Notes under the pieces: generated by a model
Seen by the model: the letters and a program-made list of their open reading frames with translations, nothing else
Database searches by the model: none
What the model was told of the DNA's origin: nothing
Position numbers and translations under genes: made by a program
Shown: one piece after another, positions 37,443 through 47,377 of the stretch
Position numbering within the stretch: the first letter of the stretch is position 1
Layout: the number at the start of each line of letters is the position of its first letter
IMG/VR virus record: IMGVR_UViG_3300032323_003835
Location: 1-64,000 of that record
Direction: 5' to 3' (one strand)
Length of the DNA: 64,000 nt
Origin: a virus

Positions 37443-37835
37443 TTAAAATTTGGGTCTTTCTGATATCCTTTCAAGATATTTCCGTCTAGCTTCGGCAGGA
37501 TCCTTACCTTGTTTTATGTAGATTGTAGTTTTGCTGTCTATCTGCACGGGTATCATTCTATTTAAATCCTGATCAGCTGTCTCATACATCTTAGGCCTTC
37601 TTTTCTTTGTTCCGGGCCCAGCTGGGCTTGCAGCTTTACCTATAAGGGATTTTACTATTATAGTGTTTTTTACTACATTTTTCTTAGGATCCTTAGAAAA
37701 TCCCAATCTTTTCAATTTAGATCTTATGCTCTCTATAGATCTCTCTAGATTTTCAGATAACTCCTTGAAAGACATGCTTTCGTAGTTACCTAGAAGAAAA
37801 TCTGTGTGTTCCTTTTTCCAATGTTTAGCGTCCAT
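37443..37835 (-). CDS. HTH DNA-binding protein
   Basis: WKKEHTDFL..Y..MSFKELSENLERSIESIRSK; start reassigned to ATG 37835. Confidence 0.6.
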   Translation of the reverse strand: MDAKHWKKEHTDFLLGNYESMSFKELSENLERSIESIRSKLKRLGFSKDPKKNVVKNTIIVKSLIGKAASPAGPGTKKRRPKMYETADQDLNRMIPVQIDSKTTIYIKQGKDPAEARRKYLERISERPKF

Positions 37836-37873
37836 ATTGTAAATATAAGGGAAAAATGAATAGTATCTAGAAT

Positions 37874-38245
37874 CTAATTGGGAAAAAGATCCTTTCTGCA
37901 CTTCTTCTTTAGGATTTCCGCAAGCAGATTTGAAGAATGCTCCATTGGATGCATATCATATCCGGTTATCTCCATTATTTGATCGTAATACTTTAGACCC
38001 TGTAAAAAATGGGTATACTCATGAATCATCGTATCTATAAACTCATTGAAACTCCTATGCCTTTCTGGATTAACGTATATAGTACTTTCCTCTCCGAATT
38101 CTTCATACAGACCTCTACACCTTATCGTTTTTGATATGGAGACTTTAAGTTTTTTATAATTTCTACAGTCGGACTTTCCCAGAGTATTGTAACACCACTG
38201 AAGAATAAGTCTTCCATTCTTAAGGTTGATGTCAGAAACGTTCAT
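37874..38245 (-). CDS. zincin-like metalloprotease (SprT-like)
   Basis: TMIHEYTHFLQ, YDMHPME; start reassigned to ATG 38245. Confidence 0.7.
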   Translation of the reverse strand: MNVSDINLKNGRLILQWCYNTLGKSDCRNYKKLKVSISKTIRCRGLYEEFGEESTIYVNPERHRSFNEFIDTMIHEYTHFLQGLKYYDQIMEITGYDMHPMEHSSNLLAEILKKKCRKDLFPN

Positions 38246-38261
38246 TTGTTTTAATTTTTTT

Positions 38262-38687
38262 TTACTGTTCTTGTTCTCTGTTTCTAATTTTATAAACAAT
38301 CAACTGATTGCTTATTTTGCTCCACTGTCCATTTTTATTTTTTCTTCTTCCATAGACTATCAAATCCGAGGAAGGGCGATCGTCCAAAAATCTAGTTTTT
38401 CCTGTTATGTAATACGTAGTACCTATTCTTTTTTTAAATTCCTGCGGTATATCAGTCTCGCTATAAAAAAGATCATAGGTAATACTTTTCTCTTCTATTA
38501 CTAATGGTATAGGCTCTATGTGATATCCGTTTTTATTATAAACTGGTTTAGTGTCTAATATTGTCAGATTTTTAAAGTCTCCCCTATCGACGAAATGATT
38601 CCAGAGAAATTCAAATGATATCTCTCCTTCGGATATACCAAGCATTTCTAAAAATCTTTCATCAATATATTCCCTAGTTATCTGCAT
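38262..38687 (-). CDS. hypothetical protein
   Basis: ORF track. Confidence 0.6.
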   Translation of the reverse strand: MQITREYIDERFLEMLGISEGEISFEFLWNHFVDRGDFKNLTILDTKPVYNKNGYHIEPIPLVIEEKSITYDLFYSETDIPQEFKKRIGTTYYITGKTRFLDDRPSSDLIVYGRRKNKNGQWSKISNQLIVYKIRNREQEQ

Positions 38688-39087
38688 TTTTTTCCACTCC
38701 GAAGATACCCTTTTTAGATTTTTTAATTGCTATATAAATCATTTCTATTTCCTCTAGTGTAATGTCCGTTTTCTTACGGTTTATTTCGACTGTACAAGCA
38801 ACTACATTACCTTCAACGTATCCTAGTTTGTTGTCTATTCTGTCAATACTAAGGGAAAAGTCTCCCTTTGCTTCTAATTGTCTTCCAGTATAAAAGCATT
38901 TCTTTTGTTCCATCATTTTTTTTAATGTGTTGAACGATAGATCAAATTTAATGTTTCTTGAGTCTGCACTTTGTTTTAAATTGAGCATTTTTCTTGCAAC
39001 ATCTAAATCTGTTAACTTTCCTTTTGATGAATCAAATTCCCCCTCCATCAGGGTTTCTTTTGCCCCCACTAATTCTTTTTCTTCCAT
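38674..39087 (-). CDS. HNH/endonuclease-VII-like protein
   Basis: CFYTG, SIDRIDNKLGYVEGNVVAC...N..K. Confidence 0.75.
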   Translation of the reverse strand: MEEKELVGAKETLMEGEFDSSKGKLTDLDVARKMLNLKQSADSRNIKFDLSFNTLKKMMEQKKCFYTGRQLEAKGDFSLSIDRIDNKLGYVEGNVVACTVEINRKKTDITLEEIEMIYIAIKKSKKGIFGVEKNADN

Positions 39088-39095
39088 TTAATTTA

Positions 39096-39821
39096 TTATA
39101 TGATCCCGTATTTGTGCAGTTCCCCAAGATCGTCAACATCAAATCTTTTAGAGATTGCCTCAGGAGCGAATTTTATCGAACCTGGGAAAGTCTGAAAGAA
39201 TCTTTCTGTTATCGAGATCTCTGGGTTTGCCAAAGGACCCTCTTTTATAGCTAACTCCCACGTTTTTGATTCGATGAAGGAACCTATAGTAGAAAGGTCT
39301 ACCGACTGTATTCCGCACAAAAAATCGGAATAGATGGGATCGTTCGGGGAAAATGAATGATCTGAAAATGATACCCAACATTTCTCTGGCCTTTTAGATG
39401 CCAAAAATTTCTTGAAGGGCAAATAGTAGATATTAAAAGAATCTTTCAAATTCTCATAGAATCTCTCCCATCTTACTCTATCTATCTGAGATGAAAAATT
39501 TGGATCTATTTTTACGAAGGACTCCTCAAAAGTCTCCCATGATTTAAACACACTAAGGAAAGCCAAATAAAAAGCTCTATTAAACAGAGCTAGAGATATA
39601 CCTGCTTCTTCCTGACTTGAGATATAGAAGCCAAAAAAATTTGAGTCAGTTTTGTACTTTCTTGTTTGTTTTATAAATATTGGATTAAGCTCCCAATAAA
39701 ATCCGTATTTTGCCCTCTCTGGATTTTCAAACAGTTGTTTGATATCCAATGGTTTTCTTATGGTATAATTAGAATTAAATTCAAACCTAATACCTATTCC
39801 GGGGGTTTTCTCTAATATCAT
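39096..39821 (-). CDS. hypothetical protein (paralog of 39821..40522)
   Basis: Shared GxYW, LFxxAF, WxxxD, GPL, and C-terminus LGxxHKYGI[IL]. Confidence 0.7.
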   Translation of the reverse strand: MILEKTPGIGIRFEFNSNYTIRKPLDIKQLFENPERAKYGFYWELNPIFIKQTRKYKTDSNFFGFYISSQEEAGISLALFNRAFYLAFLSVFKSWETFEESFVKIDPNFSSQIDRVRWERFYENLKDSFNIYYLPFKKFLASKRPEKCWVSFSDHSFSPNDPIYSDFLCGIQSVDLSTIGSFIESKTWELAIKEGPLANPEISITERFFQTFPGSIKFAPEAISKRFDVDDLGELHKYGII

Positions 39822-40522
39822 TATAATATGCCATATTTATGGCAATTTCCCAAAAATCCAGTATCTATTCTTTCAAGTATGTCCTTGTCCATATAGTTAA
39901 CTAGCTCTGGACTTTCGTATGATAAATCCTCCCATGCCATGTCAATATTAAATTCAAGGGGTCCAACCTCGTGTAATTCCTCCCATAGATCTTTCCGATT
40001 CATCGCTGAGTATTCGGTCGGAAGTCTATATACTGTCACATCATTTCCCCAAAAATTTTCAACGTCTGATTTAATCAGATCTGTCCAATACCTGTCTAAT
40101 GGAATCCAAATTTTACCTCTTTTTAATCTTGTTTTAAGGGAGTGTAAAAATAAATTCATGGAATCTGTCTTATTCTTAAATGTATCGGAGAATGTTTCAA
40201 TTACCTTACTTAAATAATTATCCTTGAATGATATCCCCGGAACGAATTCTTCTATATTACTTATATAGGATCCCTTTATAGAGGCGTTGATTACCGTCAT
40301 TCTAAAAGCCTGTTGAAAAAGTCCTTGAAAGAAATTAAAATCATTCTTGTCAGTTAAAAGAATGCCCTGCATGACTAAGCCCCTTCCGGTCTCGCCCTCG
40401 AAGAAATAATCTTCAAAGTCCCAATAATATCCCAGTTTGTTTCTATCTGGAGATTTTATTAAATCCTTATTTATTGGATAAATCAATGAGAAGGAATCGT
40501 AAAAATCGTAAATCTTAATCAT
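39821..40522 (-). CDS. hypothetical protein (paralog of 39096..39821)
   Basis: As above; start reassigned to ATG 40522. Confidence 0.7.
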   Translation of the reverse strand: MIKIYDFYDSFSLIYPINKDLIKSPDRNKLGYYWDFEDYFFEGETGRGLVMQGILLTDKNDFNFFQGLFQQAFRMTVINASIKGSYISNIEEFVPGISFKDNYLSKVIETFSDTFKNKTDSMNLFLHSLKTRLKRGKIWIPLDRYWTDLIKSDVENFWGNDVTVYRLPTEYSAMNRKDLWEELHEVGPLEFNIDMAWEDLSYESPELVNYMDKDILERIDTGFLGNCHKYGIL

Positions 40523-40552
40523 AAAATCCACCTTTAAGACGGTAAACAATAA

Positions 40553-40578
40553 GGGACCTCATAAAGAAATGAAGTCCC
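40553..40578 (-). terminator. hairpin/terminator after the NUMOD1 gene
   Basis: GGGACTTCAT-TTCTTT-ATGAGGTCCC then TTATTGTTT. Confidence 0.55.
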
Positions 40579-40593
40579 AGATTGATTGTAATA

Positions 40594-40809
40594 TTAACGG
40601 GTTGCCCAACGGAAGCCACCAGCAGTTTGTAAAATACCTCTTGTTGCTTTAGAAATGCTGCTAGGATCTACACCGGTGGTTAGACCAGCTTCACGCATAG
40701 AAGAAAATCTTTTTAATTTTCTGCCGCCTGTTGTCATTTGCAAAACTGATTTTGCTGTTGAATTTTTTGCTTTTTTGCTTTTAGCAGTAGCTGTTTTTGT
40801 GTTTGCCAT
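40594..40809 (-). CDS. stand-alone NUMOD1-type DNA-binding protein
   Basis: VLQ...FSSMREA...SSISKA.RG..TAGGFRW. Confidence 0.8.
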   Translation of the reverse strand: MANTKTATAKSKKAKNSTAKSVLQMTTGGRKLKRFSSMREAGLTTGVDPSSISKATRGILQTAGGFRWATR

Positions 40810-40892
40810 TTTTTTGATTATTTAGGTTTTTAATTATAACTATTATAGTACAACAGTTACATTTTGTTTCAAAAATGGCAAATTTGAGCGGT

Positions 40893-41336
40893 TTATAGGA
40901 AATCTATGACTATTTCCCCGGATCCTTGAATCTCTGTTAAAAATCTTTCCACGTCCTTCATGGATTCTTCGTCGGGGGTTATTCTAACATCTTCCCAACT
41001 GGGATTAGATCCCAACGAGCTTAAAACGTTCTTTAATATTCCAGATGCAGAAACACACGGTTTGGATGATCCAATTGTTGATTCTATTTGATCTATTGGT
41101 TCCCCCGATAAATATTTAAACTTAGACAGCGATATTTTAACCTCGGATTCCAGAACAGTTTTGGAACCCCCGTTTCCAGAAACTCCCGCGTTAAACTCGC
41201 AGCAATTTAGGGATTCGTATAGAATCCATGATTTTGATTGATTAAAAGCTCCTATATTAATATAAGATATTTTTTCTCCCGTAGATTTTACCCTTGCTGT
41301 TATATCGTGTGACAATTTTACTATGATTTTCAACAA
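40893..41336 (-). CDS. hypothetical protein
   Basis: ORF track, TTG start. Confidence 0.55.
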   Translation of the reverse strand: MLKIIVKLSHDITARVKSTGEKISYINIGAFNQSKSWILYESLNCCEFNAGVSGNGGSKTVLESEVKISLSKFKYLSGEPIDQIESTIGSSKPCVSASGILKNVLSSLGSNPSWEDVRITPDEESMKDVERFLTEIQGSGEIVIDFL

Positions 41337-41368
41337 ATATAAAAATAGAAAGGGAAATAAAAAAATGT

Positions 41369-41923
41369 TTAGACAAATTTATTTTCCCTAATCCAGATGA
41401 CTGCAATATATTTTATTCCTGATGTAACCGGAAGACCTGCATGTATAGATGTATAATCCAAGGAACCATCAGATTTTATATTGTCCCAAACAACTAATTT
41501 TCCCTTCTGTGGTATCACCTTTATCTCCAATTGTGGGAATTCAGTCTCTCCTCCGGTAAAGTCTTCATTGAGATAAACTAAAGCAGTTTTAGCTCTCTGA
41601 CCACCTCTATTAGTTACTTCTTTTTCATAATAGTTCTCTCCTGGATGGAAAAAGTCATGATGCACTTTATATTCCCCACCTATCTCATATTTAACTATGT
41701 GGGTTCCCTCCATATTTTCCTCAGGAAATAAAGTATATTCGGAAACCATTTTTCTTAGAAGCGAAACAGACTCATCTTGTGAAGAAAGCCAAGCACCCTG
41801 TGCTACTCGATACCCATCGATCTCTTTTCCTAAGGTGGATGTTTTAGTAAGCTGCGGCTGTGATAATTCTATTAGTGAATTGCAATGGTCCGCTGACAGA
41901 AACTCGTTTAACTCTGATACCAT
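41369..41923 (-). CDS. prolyl 4-hydroxylase-like 2OG-Fe(II) oxygenase
   Basis: YKVHHDFF, GQR..TALVYLN..GGETEFP, HAGLPVTSGIKY. Confidence 0.92.
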   Translation of the reverse strand: MVSELNEFLSADHCNSLIELSQPQLTKTSTLGKEIDGYRVAQGAWLSSQDESVSLLRKMVSEYTLFPEENMEGTHIVKYEIGGEYKVHHDFFHPGENYYEKEVTNRGGQRAKTALVYLNEDFTGGETEFPQLEIKVIPQKGKLVVWDNIKSDGSLDYTSIHAGLPVTSGIKYIAVIWIRENKFV

Positions 41924-41931
41924 ATAAAGAA

Positions 41932-42189
41932 TTATATTGCGGGATCTAGTTTTACGTCGTCTTGAGTATCTTCGCCCGGATCGTAAGTTATGCTATATTT
42001 TTCTATTGTATACTTTGCAATAACATCACAAAGCTTTTGGTCCTCTACCTGAGTTCCGTCAGGATTTGAAACTGTAACTGTTTTATCATCTGTAGTTAGA
42101 TCCTGATAGAAAGAAACCATGAAATTTCTTCCGTTAACAAGAAAGTCAAAGACTAGTGTGCAATGTAGTGGACTGGATTTAACGCTCAT
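41932..42189 (-). CDS. hypothetical protein
   Basis: ORF track. Confidence 0.6.
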   Translation of the reverse strand: MSVKSSPLHCTLVFDFLVNGRNFMVSFYQDLTTDDKTVTVSNPDGTQVEDQKLCDVIAKYTIEKYSITYDPGEDTQDDVKLDPAI

Positions 42190-42255
42190 ACGTTTTTATT
42201 GATTATAGATATGAATCAGGGAATAATTCCGGGTAATAGCGGGTTTTATAGTAAA

Positions 42256-42900
42256 CTATTTCTTTTTAAAATCTACTTTCCAATAAACTCCTCCTCTTAC
42301 ATAAGGAATGAATTTTCCGTCTATACCATTAATTGTTTGATTCCAAACCCCCAATCCAACCTCATAAATTCTATCTCCGGGGGTTCTGTACAATAGAGAA
42401 GTTCCCAGGGAATAAACGTAATTAGGTTTATCTAAACCCCCATTCAGACCCAAATATAGATTACCCCTAGGTTCTTCTTTTATTTTTTGTATACTTTCTT
42501 TTACTGGTAATTTGATTTTTGAAAAATATTTACGAGAAAGTATATTTCCGCCAGACACCGTATCTATAATTGTAACATATCCGTGATCGACCTTAAGAGT
42601 GTCTATATTTACCTTTTTTGTATTATAAGCACTAAGTATTGCGGAGGTATCAACAGGAGAATATACCAAAACATCTCTATAAATAATGGTATCTCTTAAT
42701 ATTGGGAATGGTACTTCTAATTCTAGGTAAAGCGTGTCACGGATAATTATTGTATCCACAGGATTTTCATGGATTGAATCCTTAACAACGACCGGCATTT
42801 TTCTGCCGCTATTATTACAGCTGTAAAAAAATTGAGAAAATATTAAAATTAACACCACTATCGTAGTGCTTAATTTGAAATTGTCGTGTTTTAAATTCAT
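42256..42900 (-). CDS. membrane-anchored/lipoprotein with DT-repeat stalk and beta-rich C-terminus
   Basis: TM helix + YSC; repeated RDTI/VDT; YVRGGVYWK. Confidence 0.6.
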   Translation of the reverse strand: MNLKHDNFKLSTTIVVLILIFSQFFYSCNNSGRKMPVVVKDSIHENPVDTIIIRDTLYLELEVPFPILRDTIIYRDVLVYSPVDTSAILSAYNTKKVNIDTLKVDHGYVTIIDTVSGGNILSRKYFSKIKLPVKESIQKIKEEPRGNLYLGLNGGLDKPNYVYSLGTSLLYRTPGDRIYEVGLGVWNQTINGIDGKFIPYVRGGVYWKVDFKKK

Positions 42901-42952
42901 TTTATACTTTAGGTCGTGTAACTAAAGTATAGGTTTCAATCTATACTTAAAT

Positions 42953-43681
42953 CTATTCGGTGAATATTCCTTTCTTAATCATCTTATCTAAGATGTTAGC
43001 ACAAGCTATATCCAAAGCTTTCTTTGTCGATGTGCTGATTGTTGATTGATTAAACTTTATTGGATCAAGTGCTGCATCAGAAACCAGTGTTAATTCTCTA
43101 GTTGTTTTGGATTCACCTAAACCAGAAGCTGCTATAATTGCTCCAGTTTCTGCGTTAGTAAATCTAACTTGAAGTCCCAATCTAGTTACCAAATTATCTT
43201 TAATTCCGTCTTTCAAGCTGATCGACTCATCTTCGGATACTGAATAATCATAAACCTCGATTTCAACGAAATAATGGGCTAATTTAATTTTCCCTCTTCC
43301 GTCTATTTTATTTTCTGATATACCAGCCTGAGATGCTTGGAACTGCTTTACCATTCTGTTCTTAATCTCTGTCTTATCTTCAGTAAACTCAAATCTATTT
43401 AGATTGTCTAGGTATTCCAATACTATATTAGCAACACCAAGGCCTACTCTCTTTTCTTTCAATTCTGGATATGCCTCATAGGTCTCATCATTAATACCGC
43501 ACTTTAAAATTTGGATATTTTTCTTTGGACCATCGTAATCAAGATAGGCTGAAATATCTTTCTTCTTTTCAAAATCCGCTTTAAAATCCTCGGTTTTTGT
43601 TTTACCTATCGTTTGTGCATCTACGGATGTTGCCAATCCGATAGATAAAAACGTTACTGCAATAAGTTTAAGTAGATTCAT
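42953..43681 (-). CDS. CsgG/HfaB-family outer-membrane channel-like protein
   Basis: Signal peptide; LNRFEFTED, GKIKLAHYFV, LQVRFTNAETGAII..SGLGE. Confidence 0.75.
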   Translation of the reverse strand: MNLLKLIAVTFLSIGLATSVDAQTIGKTKTEDFKADFEKKKDISAYLDYDGPKKNIQILKCGINDETYEAYPELKEKRVGLGVANIVLEYLDNLNRFEFTEDKTEIKNRMVKQFQASQAGISENKIDGRGKIKLAHYFVEIEVYDYSVSEDESISLKDGIKDNLVTRLGLQVRFTNAETGAIIAASGLGESKTTRELTLVSDAALDPIKFNQSTISTSTKKALDIACANILDKMIKKGIFTE

Positions 43682-43691
43682 CTTCTTTTAA

Positions 43692-43925
43692 TTATTTTTT
43701 AATCTCTGTTGGTTCGTACCAGATATTTTCGGGATTGTCTTTCCAGTTTCCGTCTATTTTTCTAGTAACTCTACTCGTGATATCTCTTGTTCTTTCTTCA
43801 TCTCCAGAAAACTGAAGATAAACAAAAAACAATTGCAATGATAATGCGGTGCATATCCAAAATCCTACAAGGACGAAATATACTCCTAATGCTTTTTCTG
43901 CTGCTTTTTCTAAAAACTTTTTCAT
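43692..43925 (-). CDS. small membrane protein
   Basis: Single TM helix. Confidence 0.6.
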   Translation of the reverse strand: MKKFLEKAAEKALGVYFVLVGFWICTALSLQLFFVYLQFSGDEERTRDITSRVTRKIDGNWKDNPENIWYEPTEIKK

Positions 43926-43948
43926 GGGGGTTGTCGTGTTTTATATTT

Positions 43949-43976
43949 AAAAGAGCGGGATGCCCCGCTCTTTTTT
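43949..43976. terminator. bidirectional-type intrinsic terminator
   Basis: AAAAGAGCGGG-ATGC-CCCGCTCTTTTTT. Confidence 0.8.
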
Positions 43977-43981
43977 GTGAT

Positions 43982-44233
43982 TTATTCGGTTTCTTCTTCG
44001 GATTTTGTTTTTCCCTTTCCGAAGATTTTACCAGCTTCTGCGATACCAAATGATCCTAAAGTAATTATTACGAACGAATTAAAGATGGTATCACTAATCT
44101 CTAATGTTTTTCCTAAAATACCTGTTATAATATCAGCTCCTGCGAATACTGCCATAACAGCAAACGATGCGAATCCAACGATTGATTTTTCGTTATAATC
44201 GTTTTTGTCTTTAAAAATGTCTTTGAATGCCAT
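43982..44233 (-). CDS. two-TM membrane protein (holin-like topology)
   Basis: Two hydrophobic helices, charged C-terminus. Confidence 0.65.
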   Translation of the reverse strand: MAFKDIFKDKNDYNEKSIVGFASFAVMAVFAGADIITGILGKTLEISDTIFNSFVIITLGSFGIAEAGKIFGKGKTKSEEETE

Positions 44234-44263
44234 GATAAATTTATTTTATATTGTTGTAGCGGG

Positions 44264-44833
44264 TTATCCCTCTAAGTCATCTTTTAATAATCCACATTTT
44301 TGACACTCAAGTTCCCCGTCATTATCAGAATCGCCCCATACGTGTTCACATTGTCTGTGAGACTCATATTCAAGCTTTTCCATTTCCTGCTCGTGCTCTT
44401 GTGCATCTTTAGCTAGTTCAAATTTTTGCTGATTTTCTATAATCGATAATTCTCTAGCAGCTTGTGCTCCTGCAACGAATGCATCAGGAATAAGAGGAGT
44501 AACTGGCTTGTTAGTTTCTTTCATGTCATTGGTGTGTGATAGAGTAACTCCATCTTCTTCATCCATCTTCTGTACAAGCATTTTATCTTTGTCTGTATCA
44601 GAGAACCAATAATCAATAATTTTACCATAAGAGCCAATAAATGCCCCTAATAATAGAAGAAGTAATTCTTTCCATTCTCCTGCTATTTCGGTTCCAACTC
44701 CTATAGCGGCAAACATACCTGCTATAATTAGCATGAAACCTCCTAATACTAATGCAGTGATGTACCATCTGCGTGTCATCATTGAATTCAGTAGATCTTT
44801 AAATCCACTTGGTTGTTGATTTTTTCCTGTCAT
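44264..44833 (-). CDS. two-TM membrane protein with C-terminal Cys/His knuckle
   Basis: KIIDYWFS; CEHVW..CQKC. Confidence 0.7.
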   Translation of the reverse strand: MTGKNQQPSGFKDLLNSMMTRRWYITALVLGGFMLIIAGMFAAIGVGTEIAGEWKELLLLLLGAFIGSYGKIIDYWFSDTDKDKMLVQKMDEEDGVTLSHTNDMKETNKPVTPLIPDAFVAGAQAARELSIIENQQKFELAKDAQEHEQEMEKLEYESHRQCEHVWGDSDNDGELECQKCGLLKDDLEG

Positions 44834-44864
44834 TTTATTTAATTTTTTTGTTGGTGGATATCCT

Positions 44865-45020
44865 TTATCTTTCCCAATTCCACCCTTTTTTTCTACCTCT
44901 TATTAATAAATAACTGCTACCTCCAATAAACGTTGATAAAAACATTAATGGAGAATTAAATACAAACATAGCTACCATACATAATATGATTACTGCTATA
45001 AAGCTTAATCCTTGTTCCAT
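44865..45020 (-). CDS. 51-aa membrane peptide (MEQGLSF...WNWER)
   Basis: Read manually; fills the gap between coupled ORFs. Confidence 0.6.
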   Translation of the reverse strand: MEQGLSFIAVIILCMVAMFVFNSPLMFLSTFIGGSSYLLIRGRKKGWNWER

Positions 45021-45022
45021 GA

Positions 45023-45346
45023 TTACCACTTAGGTGCTTCTTCCTTAAACTCGTCACCTTCTTTTTTCTTAACCTTCGGTGCAGGTTCAGCAGGCTTTGA
45101 AGCTGCTGCTCCTCCATTACCTCCGCCTTGTACAATTACAGTTTTACCTGCAGATTGTTGTTGCTGGTTAGAATTTGTGATGTTAATAACGGGTGCTGGT
45201 GCTGCTGCGGGTGCTGCTTCTTGATCTCCGCCGCCCATTAGAGTAGTTAGAAATACTCCTCCTGCTGTTACGACTGTACCTAGTACGCCTACGATTGTCT
45301 TTTTTAAACCTGACCAGGTTCCTTCGTTTTGTGTTTCCTCGCTCAT
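45023..45346 (-). CDS. membrane-anchored low-complexity protein
   Basis: TM helix then APAAAPAP/QQQQ/GGG. Confidence 0.7.
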   Translation of the reverse strand: MSEETQNEGTWSGLKKTIVGVLGTVVTAGGVFLTTLMGGGDQEAAPAAAPAPVINITNSNQQQQSAGKTVIVQGGGNGGAAASKPAEPAPKVKKKEGDEFKEEAPKW

Positions 45347-45377
45347 TTTGTTTTTTATATTCGTGTTTTAATGGCTT

Positions 45378-45514
45378 AGAAAAAATCCCGGATCAGGTAT
45401 CTACTTTTACTTAACGTTCATAGATGCGATGCATCTAGGAATATACTGAAAAGGTTGTATGAAAGATATTGCTTCTTTCAAACTGAATGAGGATTTTTTC
45501 AAGATTATATATCT
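45378..45514 (-). promoter_or_regulatory. GATATATA promoter + structured 5' leader (copy 1)
   Basis: 30/33 identity with 53205-53237; closing stem GAAAAAATCC/GGATTTTTTC. Confidence 0.6.
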
Positions 45515-45517
45515 TTT

Positions 45518-46972
45518 TTATAACATGATTCTGGATCCAATCATGAAATTATGTAAAATTTTTACCCCTGGCTGGGTCGATCCTGAAAATCTATAATTTA
45601 GATTAAGCCCGAATCTGCCAGTTAATTTATAGTCATACGAAAATCCACTCATAAATCCAAACTGTCTATTAACCAATGTTTGATTTGTGTTTGGATTCCA
45701 TGATATAGGAGAACTTGTTATAAAAATTTGTGGGGATATAGCTACTTTCTTATTTACTTGATAGACCTTTGTCCAGAATCCTATGGAAGATACTGAAGCA
45801 GAATAGCTATATCGATTGCCGTCTTTCAGCAATAAACTAACAAGTCCAACATTGTAACCATATGTTCCTATCTTAGGATCTGGTTTAATGAACGTATAAC
45901 CCTGCATAATCATGATATTTCCCTGCAGGTAAGCAATAGTCGTGGAATATGAATTTATGTTCTTTAACTTACCCTTTTCGAAGTTCATTTTGGTGTATCC
46001 CCCGTTTAATGCAAATTGGTCGAAAGTTGTCCATATCATAGATGTTAATCCCCAGCTTTCTGTTCCGGTCATAGAAGATTTGCTTATCCCAGTTGAGATC
46101 ATAGCAGAATACCTGCCATCATTTCCTTGAGTTACTGCTAAATCCGATGCGACTAGAGTAGGGTTGCTGACCGATTGTTTTTTCTTTTTCTCCTCTTCCT
46201 TCTTTTTCTTCTCTTCTTCTTTTTTCTTCTCTTCTTCTTTTTTATTTTCTTCTTTTTTCTTTTCCTCAGATTTACTCTCTTCTTTCTTTTCTTCTGATTT
46301 AGATTCAGATTTACTCTCTTCTTTCTTCTCTTCTGTCTTGGACTCAGATTTAGATTCCGATTTAGATTCCGATTTGGTTTCTGATTTTTGCTCGCTAGAG
46401 GATCCGCTACTTTTACTTTCCCCGCTAGAAGAAGATGAAGAAGATCCACCGCTAGAAGATGATCCACTAGAACTAGATCCCCCAGAAGAAGCTGAAGATC
46501 CCGCAGATGATCCTGCTGATGTCGAAGCAGAAGAAGATGCGGAAGAACTTGCAGCACTACTTGCTGATGATGATGCAGCAGATGATGCTGAACTACTTGC
46601 AGCAGATGATGCAGCACTACTAGCTGCAGCAGAGGCGGCGGAAGAAGCAGCAGCAGAAGCAGCAGCAGAAGCTGCTTGTGCAACAGTCTGCTGAACCGTC
46701 TGGGTAACGACAGTACTTACAGGACAAGGTCTTGTACCATAGTCTTTATAAACAGCATCCAGCCAAGCCTGAACAGTACCATTATTTACTTCTGCGTTGC
46801 TAAATGTTCTTATTTGATTGTAGAAAGCTATTACTACCATTCCGTTTGGCATGGGGGTAGATACAACAACTTTAAGTTCCCCCGAACATTTATCCACGTA
46901 AGTTTGTGTGAATGTTTGTGCATCCACTTTAAATGCTATAGCCAACAAAAAAAGAATTAGTAATTTCTTCAT
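45518..46972 (-). CDS. secreted protein: N-domain, A/S/G and E/K low-complexity stalk, C-terminal beta-barrel-like domain
   Basis: Signal peptide MKKLLILFLLAIAFKVDA; amphipathic strands at C-terminus. Confidence 0.75.
   Translation of the reverse strand: MKKLLILFLLAIAFKVDAQTFTQTYVDKCSGELKVVVSTPMPNGMVVIAFYNQIRTFSNAEVNNGTVQAWLDAVYKDYGTRPCPVSTVVTQTVQQTVAQAASAAASAAASSAASAAASSAASSAASSSASSAASSSASSAASSSASSSASTSAGSSAGSSASSGGSSSSGSSSSGGSSSSSSSGESKSSGSSSEQKSETKSESKSESKSESKTEEKKEESKSESKSEEKKEESKSEEKKKEENKKEEEKKKEEEKKKKEEEKKKKQSVSNPTLVASDLAVTQGNDGRYSAMISTGISKSSMTGTESWGLTSMIWTTFDQFALNGGYTKMNFEKGKLKNINSYSTTIAYLQGNIMIMQGYTFIKPDPKIGTYGYNVGLVSLLLKDGNRYSYSASVSSIGFWTKVYQVNKKVAISPQIFITSSPISWNPNTNQTLVNRQFGFMSGFSYDYKLTGRFGLNLNYRFSGSTQPGVKILHNFMIGSRIML
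46170..46680 (-). repeat. low-complexity coding repeats (AASS, SSSG, ESKS, EEKKK)
   Basis: Direct reading of gcagca/gatgat/ttcttc runs. Confidence 0.85.
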
Positions 46973-47002
46973 CTACAATTTTCTAAAAGGTCTTATTTTT
47001 AA

Positions 47003-47377
47003 TTACAGCTTATTAAAATCTGTAATTCCTAATAGATTATTGTTAGAATCATAAAGTCCAATTCTGTAAGCAGATGATGGAAGTGCTGATGTGTAAACCT
47101 TTAAAAGATTATCACCTGCCTTTACATTAACTTGCTCCTTTGATACTACCTTATTAGAAATGTCCATAATTTTAATGGTTACACTTCCTGCATTTTCTAA
47201 TTTAACATTCATTGCAACCTCATTAGTTACAAATGCGGACTGCAATTTAATTCCAACATTACTTGATATGCTAAGCTCTGGTTTGATCTGCTCATGCACA
47301 CTTGGATAGATGTCATCTTTAGTACATCCTGCTACAAAGAATGCCATTCCGAAAGATACGATTAATACTTTTTTCAT
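47003..47377 (-). CDS. lipoprotein with Ig-like (T9SS-CTD-like) fold
   Basis: Lipobox VAGC; TIKIMDISNKVV, LPSSAY. Confidence 0.7.
   Translation of the reverse strand: MKKVLIVSFGMAFFVAGCTKDDIYPSVHEQIKPELSISSNVGIKLQSAFVTNEVAMNVKLENAGSVTIKIMDISNKVVSKEQVNVKAGDNLLKVYTSALPSSAYRIGLYDSNNNLLGITDFNKL

Noticed and set aside
42953-43681. Curli biogenesis operon
   Set aside because: Only a CsgG-like gene; no CsgA/B repeats or recognisable CsgE/F
44833-45020. N-terminal extension of 44264..44833 through the upstream membrane ORF
   Set aside because: Different frame; the upstream ORF stops at 44865
46153-46694. Two 176-aa alternative-frame ORFs (poly-L/poly-F-S)
   Set aside because: Shadows of the low-complexity stalk of 45518..46972
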